From positions 146,032 to 210,031 of the forward strand of contig JBMOMC010000045.1 of NCBI GenBank assembly GCA_049325335.1: DNA of 64,000 nucleotides, given 5' to 3'. The stretch's first letter is position 1, and the number at the start of each line of letters is the position of its first letter. Positions 1 to 8,698 of the stretch are shown here, piece after piece. Position numbers and translations under genes: made by a program. The DNA comes from Nitrospirota bacterium. Its GTDB lineage: Bacteria; Nitrospirota; Nitrospiria; 2-01-FULL-66-17. Below the pieces are notes generated by a model. That model was not told the origin of the DNA and made no database searches. It saw only the letters and a list, made by a program, of their open reading frames with translations.

Positions 1-54
1 TCTCCACGACGGCGTTGTCGTAGCAGTTGCCCTTGCGACTCATGCTGCGACGGC
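1..54 (-). pseudogene. IS3-family transposase (rve domain) fragment running off the window edge; upstream part absent
   Basis: Minus strand reads RRSMSRKGNCYDNAVVE, the conserved IS3 OrfB motif around the catalytic Glu; similarity stops at the inverted repeat starting at 53. Confidence 0.75.
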
Positions 55-158
55 TGAGGGGACGTTCCTAAGTAATTAAGTTGTCTGCTTTGAAGTTCAG
101 GCCAGGCGATGTGCGGCTCTGAGAAAGTTTCTTAAATACTTAGGAACGTCCCCTCAGC
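53..158. repeat. 28-bp inverted repeat pair around a 50-bp spacer (MITE/REPIN-like)
   Basis: 53-80 GCTGAGGGGACGTTCCTAAGTAATTAAG matches the reverse complement of 131-158 at 27/28. Confidence 0.85.
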
Positions 159-214
159 TTTTCAGGCGGTCCCGCTGAGAGATCAGCGCAGGAATGCCCA
201 CCCCAGTCCTCAAC

Positions 215-502
215 TCAAGCGGCGACTCGTGTTGCAGTGCAAGACCTGGCCCCCAAGACCTTCACGTGTTGCAAGACCTGGCCCCCAAGACCTTCAAACT
301 CGACCAAGCGAGGAGGAGGCTCATACTCCACAAGCAAAAAATGCAGTAGCCAGCAGATACCAACAACCCCAGTAGTTCCTGCTAATCCACGCCACCAACC
401 CCATGTGTCGACGATCGCGACGAAAAAAATGACTCCCAGGACTACGACTGGCCACAACGAAGCCCACTTTCTTATCTCATCTTTTATCGTTGGTATGTTC
501 AC
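215..502 (-). CDS. Small hypothetical membrane protein (two predicted TM helices); 3' end runs through the direct repeat
   Basis: 95-aa ORF with hydrophobic stretches LWPVVVLGVIFFVAIV and GVVGICWLLHFLLV; lower GC than the core genes. Confidence 0.45.
   Translation of the reverse strand: MNIPTIKDEIRKWASLWPVVVLGVIFFVAIVDTWGWWRGLAGTTGVVGICWLLHFLLVEYEPPPRLVEFEGLGGQVLQHVKVLGARSCTATRVAA
238..296. repeat. Direct repeat, 2 x 27 bp
   Basis: TGCAAGACCTGGCCCCCAAGACCTTCA at 238-264 and 270-296, identical. Confidence 0.85.
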
Positions 503-659
503 CTTAAAACCGCCCAGGGGTTAGCCTCTGACTTGTGACAAGCCGCCCGCGCTTCGCCGTCTTTTAGATATCGAGCCTGAACATGCTGTCACAAAACAGG
601 CCACCCCCTCCGGGCTCTCGAACGCCTCTCATTAGTCCACTGGTTCAAGAGAGCCAGAC

Positions 660-1406
660 TTAGACCAGCAGGAGGAGGCCTTTGTCGCGCTTGACGGAGT
701 CGTCCGGCATCTCGTCCCACACCTGGCCATCGAGGAGACGGCCGGCCTGTTTCTTGTTTTTCCCGCCCCACTGCTTGAAGAAGAACGGCACGTTCGCCCG
801 GCGACACTGGTCGCGCAGATCAGCGGCCCACGCGGGCGCCATGGGCCTCGACTTCGGACCAGACTCGCCGCCCACGATGACCCAGTCGATACCGGTCAGA
901 TCGAGATCCGGCAGCGGACCTAAGAGGGGCTCAAGCGACAGAAACTTGGTTTGCGCGCCGGTTTCACGAAGCCGGTCGATTCGGTGACGGTAACGGTCAC
1001 CTTCGACGCTGACCCCCATCCAGATGTCTGGCGCCCAATCGAGTTCCGAGTTGAGTTCCGCGAGACGATCGGCCCGTTTGGTGAGAATCTGAAATCGGTG
1101 CCAGTACGCACGAGCCATCACGTCGAAGACCCGGCAGATATAGCGAAGCGGCACGTCCTCGTGGAACAGGTCACTCATGGAGTTCACGAAGATGGTCTGC
1201 GGCTTCTTCCACTTCAGCGGCAATTCGAGCATGTGCGGATGGAGCGTGAGCCTAAATCCATTGACATAGTTTGCTTGCCCCATGGCCTGGAGGCGCTCCG
1301 CCATGCGCTCGGCATAGCAGTGTTGGCAACCGGGACTTACCTTTGTGCAGCCGGTGACCGGATTCCACGTGGATTCGGTCCACTCGATTCCGGATCCATG
1401 TGCCAT
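660..1406 (-). CDS. DUF5131 / phage Gp37-Gp68 family protein (radical-SAM-like three-Cys motif)
   Basis: [26 protein letters not shown] (CX6CX2C), [37 protein letters not shown] at 1406 overlaps the upstream stop. Confidence 0.9.
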   Translation of the reverse strand: MAHGSGIEWTESTWNPVTGCTKVSPGCQHCYAERMAERLQAMGQANYVNGFRLTLHPHMLELPLKWKKPQTIFVNSMSDLFHEDVPLRYICRVFDVMARAYWHRFQILTKRADRLAELNSELDWAPDIWMGVSVEGDRYRHRIDRLRETGAQTKFLSLEPLLGPLPDLDLTGIDWVIVGGESGPKSRPMAPAWAADLRDQCRRANVPFFFKQWGGKNKKQAGRLLDGQVWDEMPDDSVKRDKGLLLLV

Positions 1407-2322
1407 CAGCGCACCTCCTTCAGCAGATGATTCGCGATACGCAACGCAATGTCCTTGCCGCGTTCGTTGCCGACCGCGAAACACAGGAGATAAAGCGGAC
1501 TGTTCGTCGAGTTTCTCAACACCCCAGGCTCGGCTGCCACGCCCGCGAAGATATCTTTGAGTCGATCATTAAAGTACTGGCCGATGGTCTCCATCTTCGC
1601 CTTGACCAATCGTTCCTCGTCGTCACCGAAGAGGGTCGGCGTGGTCGCGACCTGATAAAACGCATTGTACCAGTCCTCCGTCCCCAGAAGCAGGGTGAGC
1701 CGCCGGCGCCAAGACCCTGGATGTCACCGGACCTCGTGAGCAATCGATTCACCCCGATGCCAAACGGGAAGAGAATCCAGAGATCAATCGCCTTCGTCCG
1801 AGCGATCGCCTCAATCGTCGCCCATTCGACCTGCATGCCATAAGGATCAAGGAAAATCACCGCCCGCTGCATCCCCCAATCCTCGGAACACAGTTCCTGG
1901 ATCTCGGTATTCGCGTCCCCGTGACGTATTGCGATCCGCTCCGCGAGATTGGGAAAGTCGGACTTCAACGCTTCGAGGCGAACACAACGTTCGGCGCTCC
2001 GCTCGATAAACACATATCGATCAAACGGTGGATCGGTTTTCAGCGCGATACGCGCGGAGCCGTCCAACAGGGATTGGGGTTCCTGCTCGACAAGGTCGGG
2101 GAACAACGCGTCCTGTGAAGACCCCGCACTGTCTCGTCGTGCCTCCCGGTAACCAGTTCCAGCGAAGGCATCGACGAACAGTTTCCGAAACGGACGCTGG
2201 GGCTTCGGTTGGTTCTTCAGGGCGGTCGTATAGCTTTGCAGGTATCCTGCGAGCACATCGAGCTTGCGGGTTGTCCAGTCCCCGCCAAACCGATGCTCTC
2301 CATCGCTTCGGTCCCTGGCCAT
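1406..2322 (-). pseudogene. tcmP: Three-Cys-motif partner protein (TcmP-like, SAM-dependent methyltransferase fold) with a 1-bp frameshift near 1719
   Basis: WTTRKLDVL, VDAFAGTG, DGSARIAL, FLDPYGMQ motifs; the coding frame switches at ...SGDI / GSWRRRLTLLLGTEDWY... and continues to [12 protein letters not shown]...LLKEVR*. Confidence 0.8.
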
Positions 2323-2375
2323 CGCTCGCCCAGCCTCACATCGTCTTGGGAGTGGTCGCCCAATTGACAGATACC

Positions 2376-2412
2376 GGTCCAGATTAGCCCGTTACGGGCT
2401 TCTTGGTCAAGA
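2376..2412 (-). promoter_or_regulatory. Putative sigma70 promoter containing the palindrome AGCCCG-N3-CGGGCT, upstream of tcmP
   Basis: Minus strand TTGACC-18 nt-TAATCT; palindrome at 2386-2400; 30/37 identical to 25410-25446. Confidence 0.7.
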
Positions 2413-2490
2413 CAGAAATGGCACGCGGGTGTCGGAGATCACGTCAGGGCACAGGCGCCTATCCACGAACCACGCCTCCTGACTCATCGG

Positions 2491-3300
2491 CTACTTTAGC
2501 CCCTGGCAACGCGGGCAGTAGAAGCCGGGTTGGGCGTCTTTCGCGGCTGAGAGTTTTTCGATGCGCGCGCCGCAGCGGCGTTTGCAGGGGAGGCCGGTGC
2601 GGGCGTAGACGCGGAAGCGCTCTTGGAATCGACCGCTTTCACCGTCCGGGGTCCGGTAGTCGCGGATGGTGGACCCGCCCCAGCGGATGCCCTTTCGCAA
2701 TGTGGATTTGATGGCGCGGTAGAGCACGTCGCGCTGCGTCTGGTTGAGGCACGAGGCTTCTTGGCGCGGGTGCAGGCGCGCGGCGAACAATGCTTCGTTG
2801 ACGTAAATGTTGCCCAGGCCAGCGATGACGGTTTGATTCATCAGCAGAGGCCGGAGCATGCCGCGACGCTCGGCCATGATCCGTCGCCATGTCGCGCGAC
2901 GCAAGGTCAGCGCGTCGGGGCCAAGACCGATGTCCGCGAGTGACGTGGTCGCGCGCCAGCCCCCGAACCGGCGGGGGTCGCGGTAGTGCAACTCCCAGGG
3001 CTCGCCGCCGAGGGTCAGCACCAGGTGCGTGTGCGGGGCGCGATCCGCGCCGCGCGGGACCATGAGGCACTGCCCCGTCATCCCGAGGCGCACCACCAGC
3101 CAGAGCGTCGGAGCGGTTTCGATCACGATGGACTTGCCATGACGGCGGACCCTTGTGATCGCCCGCTTGGGCAGATCAGTGACCGACGCGTCTCCGGTCC
3201 ACACATCGCGACGCAGGAGTTCGACGGACTCGATCGTCCGTCCCGTCAGCGCGGGCCGTAACCGCCGGACGATGGATTCAACTTCCGGAAGTTCGGGCAC
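2491..3300 (-). CDS. mutM: Formamidopyrimidine-DNA glycosylase
   Basis: N-terminal PELPEVE, GLGNIY H2TH motif, C-terminal zinc finger ending CPRCQ. Confidence 0.95.
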   Translation of the reverse strand: MPELPEVESIVRRLRPALTGRTIESVELLRRDVWTGDASVTDLPKRAITRVRRHGKSIVIETAPTLWLVVRLGMTGQCLMVPRGADRAPHTHLVLTLGGEPWELHYRDPRRFGGWRATTSLADIGLGPDALTLRRATWRRIMAERRGMLRPLLMNQTVIAGLGNIYVNEALFAARLHPRQEASCLNQTQRDVLYRAIKSTLRKGIRWGGSTIRDYRTPDGESGRFQERFRVYARTGLPCKRRCGARIEKLSAAKDAQPGFYCPRCQGLK

Positions 3301-3303
3301 GGG

Positions 3304-4053
3304 TCAGGACGACGCGGTCGCGGTTTCCGGCGCGGGTCTTCGTTGTCCGAAAATCCGCACGCCGAGAATCCCGATTTCGTAAAGCACGGTCAGCGGCACC
3401 AACATGATGGCCATGTTGAATAAATCGGACGTCGGGGTCAACACCGCGGCGAGCACGGCGTTGACCAGCAAGGCGTAGCGGCGGTTGCGGGCCAAAAACG
3501 CGGGCGTGACCACGCCCATGCGACCCGCCAGGGTCACGGCCAACGGCACTTCGAAAATCAGACCGAACGCCAGATACATTTTGAGCGCAAAGTCCACGTA
3601 CATCTGCGCGGAGATCATGGGTTTCATCCCGCGCTCCACGCCGAACGCGATCAGAAACTTGAGCGCGAACGGCAAGGCCACGAACGCGCAAAAGACCAAT
3701 CCCAACGCGAAAAACAGACACGAGCCGATCACGAACGCGGCCGCGTACCGTCGTTCGGTCCGGTACAACCCCGGCGCCACAAAGCGCCACCCCTGATACA
3801 GCACCACGGGCAACGCGATGAGCAATCCGACGATCAGGGAGACTTTGAAGGAGACCCAAAACGCTTCGGTGGGAGACAGAAAGACCAGTTCGGCCCCGAG
3901 CGGCTCGGTCAACCACCGCAAAATGTCGGAGGAAAACGAAAAGGTCGCGGCGGCCGCGGCTAACACCGTCATCGCGCACACGAGCAGCCGGCGGCGCAGT
4001 TCAGCCAAGTGCTCAAACAGCGACATACGGACGCCGGATTCCGAGTCAGCCAT
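3304..4053 (-). CDS. tatC: Twin-arginine translocase subunit TatC
   Basis: [29 protein letters not shown] motifs; about 6 TM helices. Confidence 0.95.
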   Translation of the reverse strand: MADSESGVRMSLFEHLAELRRRLLVCAMTVLAAAAATFSFSSDILRWLTEPLGAELVFLSPTEAFWVSFKVSLIVGLLIALPVVLYQGWRFVAPGLYRTERRYAAAFVIGSCLFFALGLVFCAFVALPFALKFLIAFGVERGMKPMISAQMYVDFALKMYLAFGLIFEVPLAVTLAGRMGVVTPAFLARNRRYALLVNAVLAAVLTPTSDLFNMAIMLVPLTVLYEIGILGVRIFGQRRPAPETATASS

Positions 4054-4273
4054 CAATCTTCTGCGCGGGCGGCGCGGAGTCCGGCCGGCTCGGGGGTTGG
4101 TCCGCCGCGTCGAGCTCGACGCGCACCTGCGCCTGCGCCTCGTCGGCCGCGCGTTTGATCGCGCCGAACCACTTGCCCGCGGTGCGCGCCAGTTCCGGGA
4201 GCCGCTGCGGGCCCAGGACGATCAGCGCGATGAGCAATATCACGAGGAGTTCCGGGAAGCCGACGCCGAACAT
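4046..4273 (-). CDS. tatB: TatA/TatB family subunit (TatB-like)
   Basis: [30 protein letters not shown]; directly upstream of tatC. Confidence 0.8.
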   Translation of the reverse strand: MFGVGFPELLVILLIALIVLGPQRLPELARTAGKWFGAIKRAADEAQAQVRVELDAADQPPSRPDSAPPAQKIDG

Positions 4274-4298
4274 GGGAGCGGGATGCGACGGGGGCGGG

Positions 4299-4532
4299 TC
4301 AGTGCCCGCGTTGGGTTTCGAGTCCGCGCAGGAGGTCCTGCATGCGGTCCTTGGCAGCGAGTTTCTGCTTCTGCACGGTCTTCTTTCGCAGTTCGTCCTC
4401 CGCGGAGAGTATCCGCTGTTTCAGCAACGCGTCCAATTCCCGATCCAGTTCATGGTGCTTTCGCTCGAGTTCGACGAATTCTCGGTTCGTGTTCCGGAGG
4501 TGCTGGATCCGCGCGACGTTCTCGTTGAGCAT
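4299..4532 (-). CDS. DUF465 / YdcH family coiled-coil protein
   Basis: 77 aa; F..L...HHELD..L and [15 protein letters not shown] pattern. Confidence 0.75.
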   Translation of the reverse strand: MLNENVARIQHLRNTNREFVELERKHHELDRELDALLKQRILSAEDELRKKTVQKQKLAAKDRMQDLLRGLETQRGH

Positions 4533-4577
4533 CGGACTCCTCCTGGTTACCCTCGTCCCGGCTGGAACCCTCTCGTG

Positions 4578-5075
4578 TCACCGCACCCACTCCATCAACA
4601 ACGCGTCTTCCCTCGGGTCATCATAATAGCCGATCCGCACGCCGGCCTCGCGAAACCCGAACCGCCCGTACATCGCGATCGCGGCCTGATTGGACCGCCG
4701 GACTTCGAGCGAGGCCCGCGCCAACCCCTCACCCGCGGACGTAAACAGCCGCTCCAGCAGTCGGCTCGCGAGCCCGCGACGCCTCGCGTCAGGCCGCACC
4801 GCCAGACTGATGACCTGCATCTCGTCCACCACCACCCACCCGCCGACGTACCCCACCACCCCGCCCGCAGTCTCGGCCACGAAAAACCGCGAGCACGGGT
4901 TCTCGGACACCTCGACCCAAAACATGTCCCGGGACCACGGCTGCGAGAACGACGCGCGTTCGATGACCAGCACCGCGTCAAGATCCCGGATTGTCATCGG
5001 GCGAATCCGAACGCCGGCGTCGGCGACGGATGGCGCCGCCGGTTGTCCACCCTCCAACACGTTACGCGCGACCAT
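4578..5075 (-). CDS. rimI: Ribosomal protein S18 alanine N-acetyltransferase
   Basis: IERASFSQPWS, LAVRPDARRRGLA, LEVRRSN, GYYDDPREDALLM; follows tsaB. Confidence 0.9.
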   Translation of the reverse strand: MVARNVLEGGQPAAPSVADAGVRIRPMTIRDLDAVLVIERASFSQPWSRDMFWVEVSENPCSRFFVAETAGGVVGYVGGWVVVDEMQVISLAVRPDARRRGLASRLLERLFTSAGEGLARASLEVRRSNQAAIAMYGRFGFREAGVRIGYYDDPREDALLMEWVR

Positions 5076-5820
5076 GCGCCGGGTCCCAGCCCAAGAGCTT
5101 GCGCCGACGACTGCCTACCACGCCGCGTTCCCAATTGGTTTCCGCGGTGGACCGACGGAGGTACCGCGGCAACAGTGCCCCCACCGGTGTGTGTGCTCCG
5201 CCGATCAATCGCGCAACGCCCGGACGCAACGCCCCGGCCGCCGCGCTCATCATCGTGTCCGGCACGATCGCCGCGCGCGGCCCCAAGGCCGCGCGCAATG
5301 CGTCCGCGTGTCGCGCCGCGCCAGAGCCCACGCAGCACACCGGCGCGTCACCCGCAACCGTCGCGGCCCAGGCCTCGGGCAATGCCAGCGTCTCATTGCT
5401 GATCGGCGCCGCGGCGCCGTCGCGGCACTCGAACACGCGCGCGTAGACTTCGCCGCGCCCCGCGTCAACCACCGCCGCGACAGACCCGGATCTCCCGGAC
5501 GCGGCGGCCACCGCGTCCAATGTCCCGACCGCCGCCACGCGCAGCGGCCGCGCCGCGGCCAACCCCTTCACCAGACTGACCCCGACGCGAAGCCCGGTAA
5601 ACGAGCCCGGGCCGATCGTGACGATCACGCCGTCCAGTTGCGCCACGCTCCACCCGCGACCGGCGAGCAGTCGGTGGATCGCGGGCAACAAGTCGCGCGA
5701 GGCCGCGCCGCGCTCGGCGAACCGCACCTCATCCACCGCGCCGCGGCTCGCCGCGTCCTCTCCCTCCCAGACCGCCGCGCTCACGGTGTCGAGCGAGGTA
5801 TCGAGCGACAAGACTTTCAT
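5062..5820 (-). CDS. tsaB: tRNA threonylcarbamoyladenosine biosynthesis protein TsaB
   Basis: MKVLSLDTS, GPGSFTGLRVG, DAGRGEVY motifs. Confidence 0.93.
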   Translation of the reverse strand: MKVLSLDTSLDTVSAAVWEGEDAASRGAVDEVRFAERGAASRDLLPAIHRLLAGRGWSVAQLDGVIVTIGPGSFTGLRVGVSLVKGLAAARPLRVAAVGTLDAVAAASGRSGSVAAVVDAGRGEVYARVFECRDGAAAPISNETLALPEAWAATVAGDAPVCCVGSGAARHADALRAALGPRAAIVPDTMMSAAAGALRPGVARLIGGAHTPVGALLPRYLRRSTAETNWERGVVGSRRRKLLGWDPAHGRA

Positions 5821-5830
5821 CGCGATCGCA

Positions 5831-6574
5831 TCACGACGGCTCGGCGGTGATTTCATGGAACGCGATGCGCAGCGAGCCCGCCCCGTTCGTGGCGCTCACC
5901 AGAAACGGGCGCCACCGACCGTCCGCCTCTCGGTACCGGCCGAACTCCACGCGTAACCGCGACGACCCGTCCTGATCGAACCACTCCTCGCTCACCGGCA
6001 AAAACCGCGTGCGTTCCAATCGGATCTTGCGCTCCAACCGCGCTCGGCCGTCATCCATCATCAACACATACACCGTGTACACGTCGTCCCCCCGTTCCAG
6101 CGCGAGCAGATCCAGCGGGTCCACGAACGGGCCTTGCCCCGAACCAGCCACCCGGAGCACGTCCGCAACCCGCAGCGACCCCATCCACGGCCCCAACGCG
6201 GTCTCGATCTCCTCCGCGCTCGCGAGCGCGGGCGCGCCGTCGGCCCGCTGGAGCGTGACGGACTCCCCTTCGGCGCGCAACGCGAACACATCCCGGCCCA
6301 GCGGGTCCAGGCCGCGTATGTCGAGCGTGCGCGGCGGCGTGAACCGCACCGTGCCGCTGACGCTGCCTGAGCGATTCCCGTGCGACACCTCGAACGTCAC
6401 CAACGCGCGATACCCGGTGCTCCGCGCACGGTCAGCCAAGATCCGTTCGATCTCCGCGAGCGTGGCCTCTCGCTTGGGAAGCGCGTCGGACTCCCCCGCG
6501 TGACGGTGCGCGGCGCAGCCCGCGATCAGCGCCACACAACACGCCGCGGCCAGAACCAGTCCGCGGCGCATCAT
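5831..6574 (-). CDS. Lipoprotein, LolB/DUF4292-like
   Basis: Signal peptide with lipobox IAGC; beta-rich body; the family assignment is an inference. Confidence 0.6.
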   Translation of the reverse strand: MMRRGLVLAAACCVALIAGCAAHRHAGESDALPKREATLAEIERILADRARSTGYRALVTFEVSHGNRSGSVSGTVRFTPPRTLDIRGLDPLGRDVFALRAEGESVTLQRADGAPALASAEEIETALGPWMGSLRVADVLRVAGSGQGPFVDPLDLLALERGDDVYTVYVLMMDDGRARLERKIRLERTRFLPVSEEWFDQDGSSRLRVEFGRYREADGRWRPFLVSATNGAGSLRIAFHEITAEPS

Positions 6575-6614
6575 GTGCCGGAGGCATGCCGCCCGATTCG
6601 CGGCCCGTGGAGTC

Positions 6615-7973
6615 TCATCGGATGCCCAACGCCTCAAGGGCTTCATGCACGTCTTCAACCCCGATCACGCTCACCCCGGCGGCTTCGGCCCGCTCCGCGT
6701 TGCGGCGCGGCATCACACAGCGCGCAAACCCCAAGTTCGCGGCCTCGCGCAGGCGAATGTCGGCTTGCGGCACTGCGCGAATCTCGCCCGCCAAGCCCAC
6801 TTCACCGAACACCACGGTTTTCGGGTCGAGCGCGCGATCCGTCCAACTCGAGGCCACAGCCGAGGCCACGGCCAAATCCGCCGCGGGTTCATCGAGCGAC
6901 AACCCGCCCGCGACATTCACGAACACGTCCTGGCTGCCCACGCCCAGGCCCACGCGTTTTTCGAGCACCGCCAACAGCAGGCCCAAGCGCGCGGGCTCGA
7001 TCCCATTGGCGGATCGCCGCGGAGTCCCGGCCGCGGGCGACGTGACCAACGCCTGCAACTCGACCAGGATGGGCCGCGTGCCCTCGGCGCTCGCCAAAAT
7101 CGCCGACCCGGACGTGCCGTGCGAGCGTTCGGCCAGAAACAACTCCGAGGGATTCGCTACCTCGGATAAACCGTAGCCCTTCATCTCGAACACGCCGATT
7201 TCCTGGGTGGACCCGAACCGGTTCTTCACCGTGCGCAGGATGCGATACGGGTGGCCCTTCTCGCCTTCAAAGTACAACACGGTATCGACAATGTGCTCGA
7301 GCACGCGCGGGCCCGCAATGGCGCCGTCTTTGGTCACGTGGCCGACCAAAAACGTGGCGGTTCCGGTCTGCTTGGCCAACACCATGAGCCGGCTCGCCAC
7401 TTCGCGCACCTGGCCCACGCTGCCCGCAGAGGACTCCAAGGCGTCGCTGCGCAGGGTCTGGACCGAGTCCACGATGAGGGCGTGCGGAGTCTGGGTGATG
7501 GCGGCTTCGATCGTGCGATCCAACGACGTTTCCGCCATGAGCCATACGCCGTCGCCCGTGGCCCCAATGCGCTCCGCGCGGAGGCGAATCTGCTGGTTAG
7601 ACTCTTCCCCCGACACGTAGAGCACGCGACGTCCCGACCGTGCCAAGCGATCCGCCAATTGCAGGAGCAACGTGGATTTCCCGATGCCAGGATCGCCGCC
7701 GATCAGGGTGACCGAACCGGCCACCAGCCCGCCGCCCAAAACGCGGTCAAGCTCGCTGATGCCGGTTGGAGAACGGGCTTCCGTGGGTTCCAGCGGGACA
7801 TCGATGAGGCGAATCGGCGCGCCGGCCGCGACGCCGACGGGCGGCGCCGCGCTCTGGCTCGCGGCCTCCTCCACCAAACTGTTCCACGTACCGCACTCGG
7901 CGCAGCGGCCGAGCCACTTGGGGTGCTGCCCCCCGCACGACTGGCAGACGAACACCGTTCGGGCTTTGGGCAT
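6615..7973 (-). CDS. radA: DNA repair protein RadA/Sms
   Basis: CQSCG...CAECG zinc finger, GDPGIGKST, KNRFG, Lon-like C-terminal domain. Confidence 0.97.
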   Translation of the reverse strand: MPKARTVFVCQSCGGQHPKWLGRCAECGTWNSLVEEAASQSAAPPVGVAAGAPIRLIDVPLEPTEARSPTGISELDRVLGGGLVAGSVTLIGGDPGIGKSTLLLQLADRLARSGRRVLYVSGEESNQQIRLRAERIGATGDGVWLMAETSLDRTIEAAITQTPHALIVDSVQTLRSDALESSAGSVGQVREVASRLMVLAKQTGTATFLVGHVTKDGAIAGPRVLEHIVDTVLYFEGEKGHPYRILRTVKNRFGSTQEIGVFEMKGYGLSEVANPSELFLAERSHGTSGSAILASAEGTRPILVELQALVTSPAAGTPRRSANGIEPARLGLLLAVLEKRVGLGVGSQDVFVNVAGGLSLDEPAADLAVASAVASSWTDRALDPKTVVFGEVGLAGEIRAVPQADIRLREAANLGFARCVMPRRNAERAEAAGVSVIGVEDVHEALEALGIR

Positions 7974-8126
7974 AGCGGAATCATAGCGGTCGGGCGGGCG
8001 AAAAAGCAACGAACCAGGCGGGGTGGATGGAGAGGCCCGGGAAACTGTCACGATCGTTGCAAATTTGCCAGGCATTTTTGCACTGATCGTACAAGAATGC
8101 CGTGAGCACCCACGCGCGTGGGGCGA

Positions 8127-8530
8127 TCAGGTTGCCGGAACGGGCTCAGCGTTTGAAGTGGCACCGTCGGCACCCGTTGCCGAACCCGCTCGAACCGGAA
8201 CCGCGCTCCCCAGCGCTGACAGATTGAGCCCGGCGGGCGGCCCGGTCGTGGCCTCGGCGCAGTCCGGTCCCCGAGCCTGCGCCTGGATACGTACAGACCA
8301 CATCCCAATAGCCATCTGAAACCGTCACGCTGACGGTCTTCTCAGACACGTGGGTGGGGTCGGCCTCGCACGGCAGATGGAGATGGGCCCAGACCACGGC
8401 GCCGGTGCTTTCAGTCCCGTGGGTGGTCGTCGTGGGGTCGTACAGCGTCCCGCAACTCGGCGTCCACTACGTAAACGTCAGGGCGTCCCCGCTGATATCC
8501 GAGGCCACTACCGCATAGGTCGTGATGGGA
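8127..8530 (-). pseudogene. Decayed fragment of a secreted PKD/Ig-like domain protein
   Basis: ITTYAVVASDISGDALTFT*WTPSCG...VSVTVSDGYWDVVCTYPG with an in-frame TAG at 8467-8469, a likely later frameshift and no start or signal peptide. Confidence 0.45.
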
Positions 8531-8698
8531 GGCGACAGTTCAGTGGTGGCGGACTAGTCATACCGTCCGACAACCATCATGTGCCGGTGGTACGGCGGGT
8601 AGCCCAGAGGGTCGCGTCCTCCAGCGGCTTGGGGCTGCTGACCAGAATCACCCACAGTCGTATTCAGATTCGGGGCATTGACTGTAACAAGCGCGCGA

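Noticed and set aside
238..296. Possible mini-CRISPR array
   Set aside because: Only two units with a 5-bp gap and no cas genes in the window.
8467..8469. Pyrrolysine or stop readthrough at the in-frame TAG
   Set aside because: The surrounding frame lacks a start and appears frameshifted; decay is the simpler explanation.
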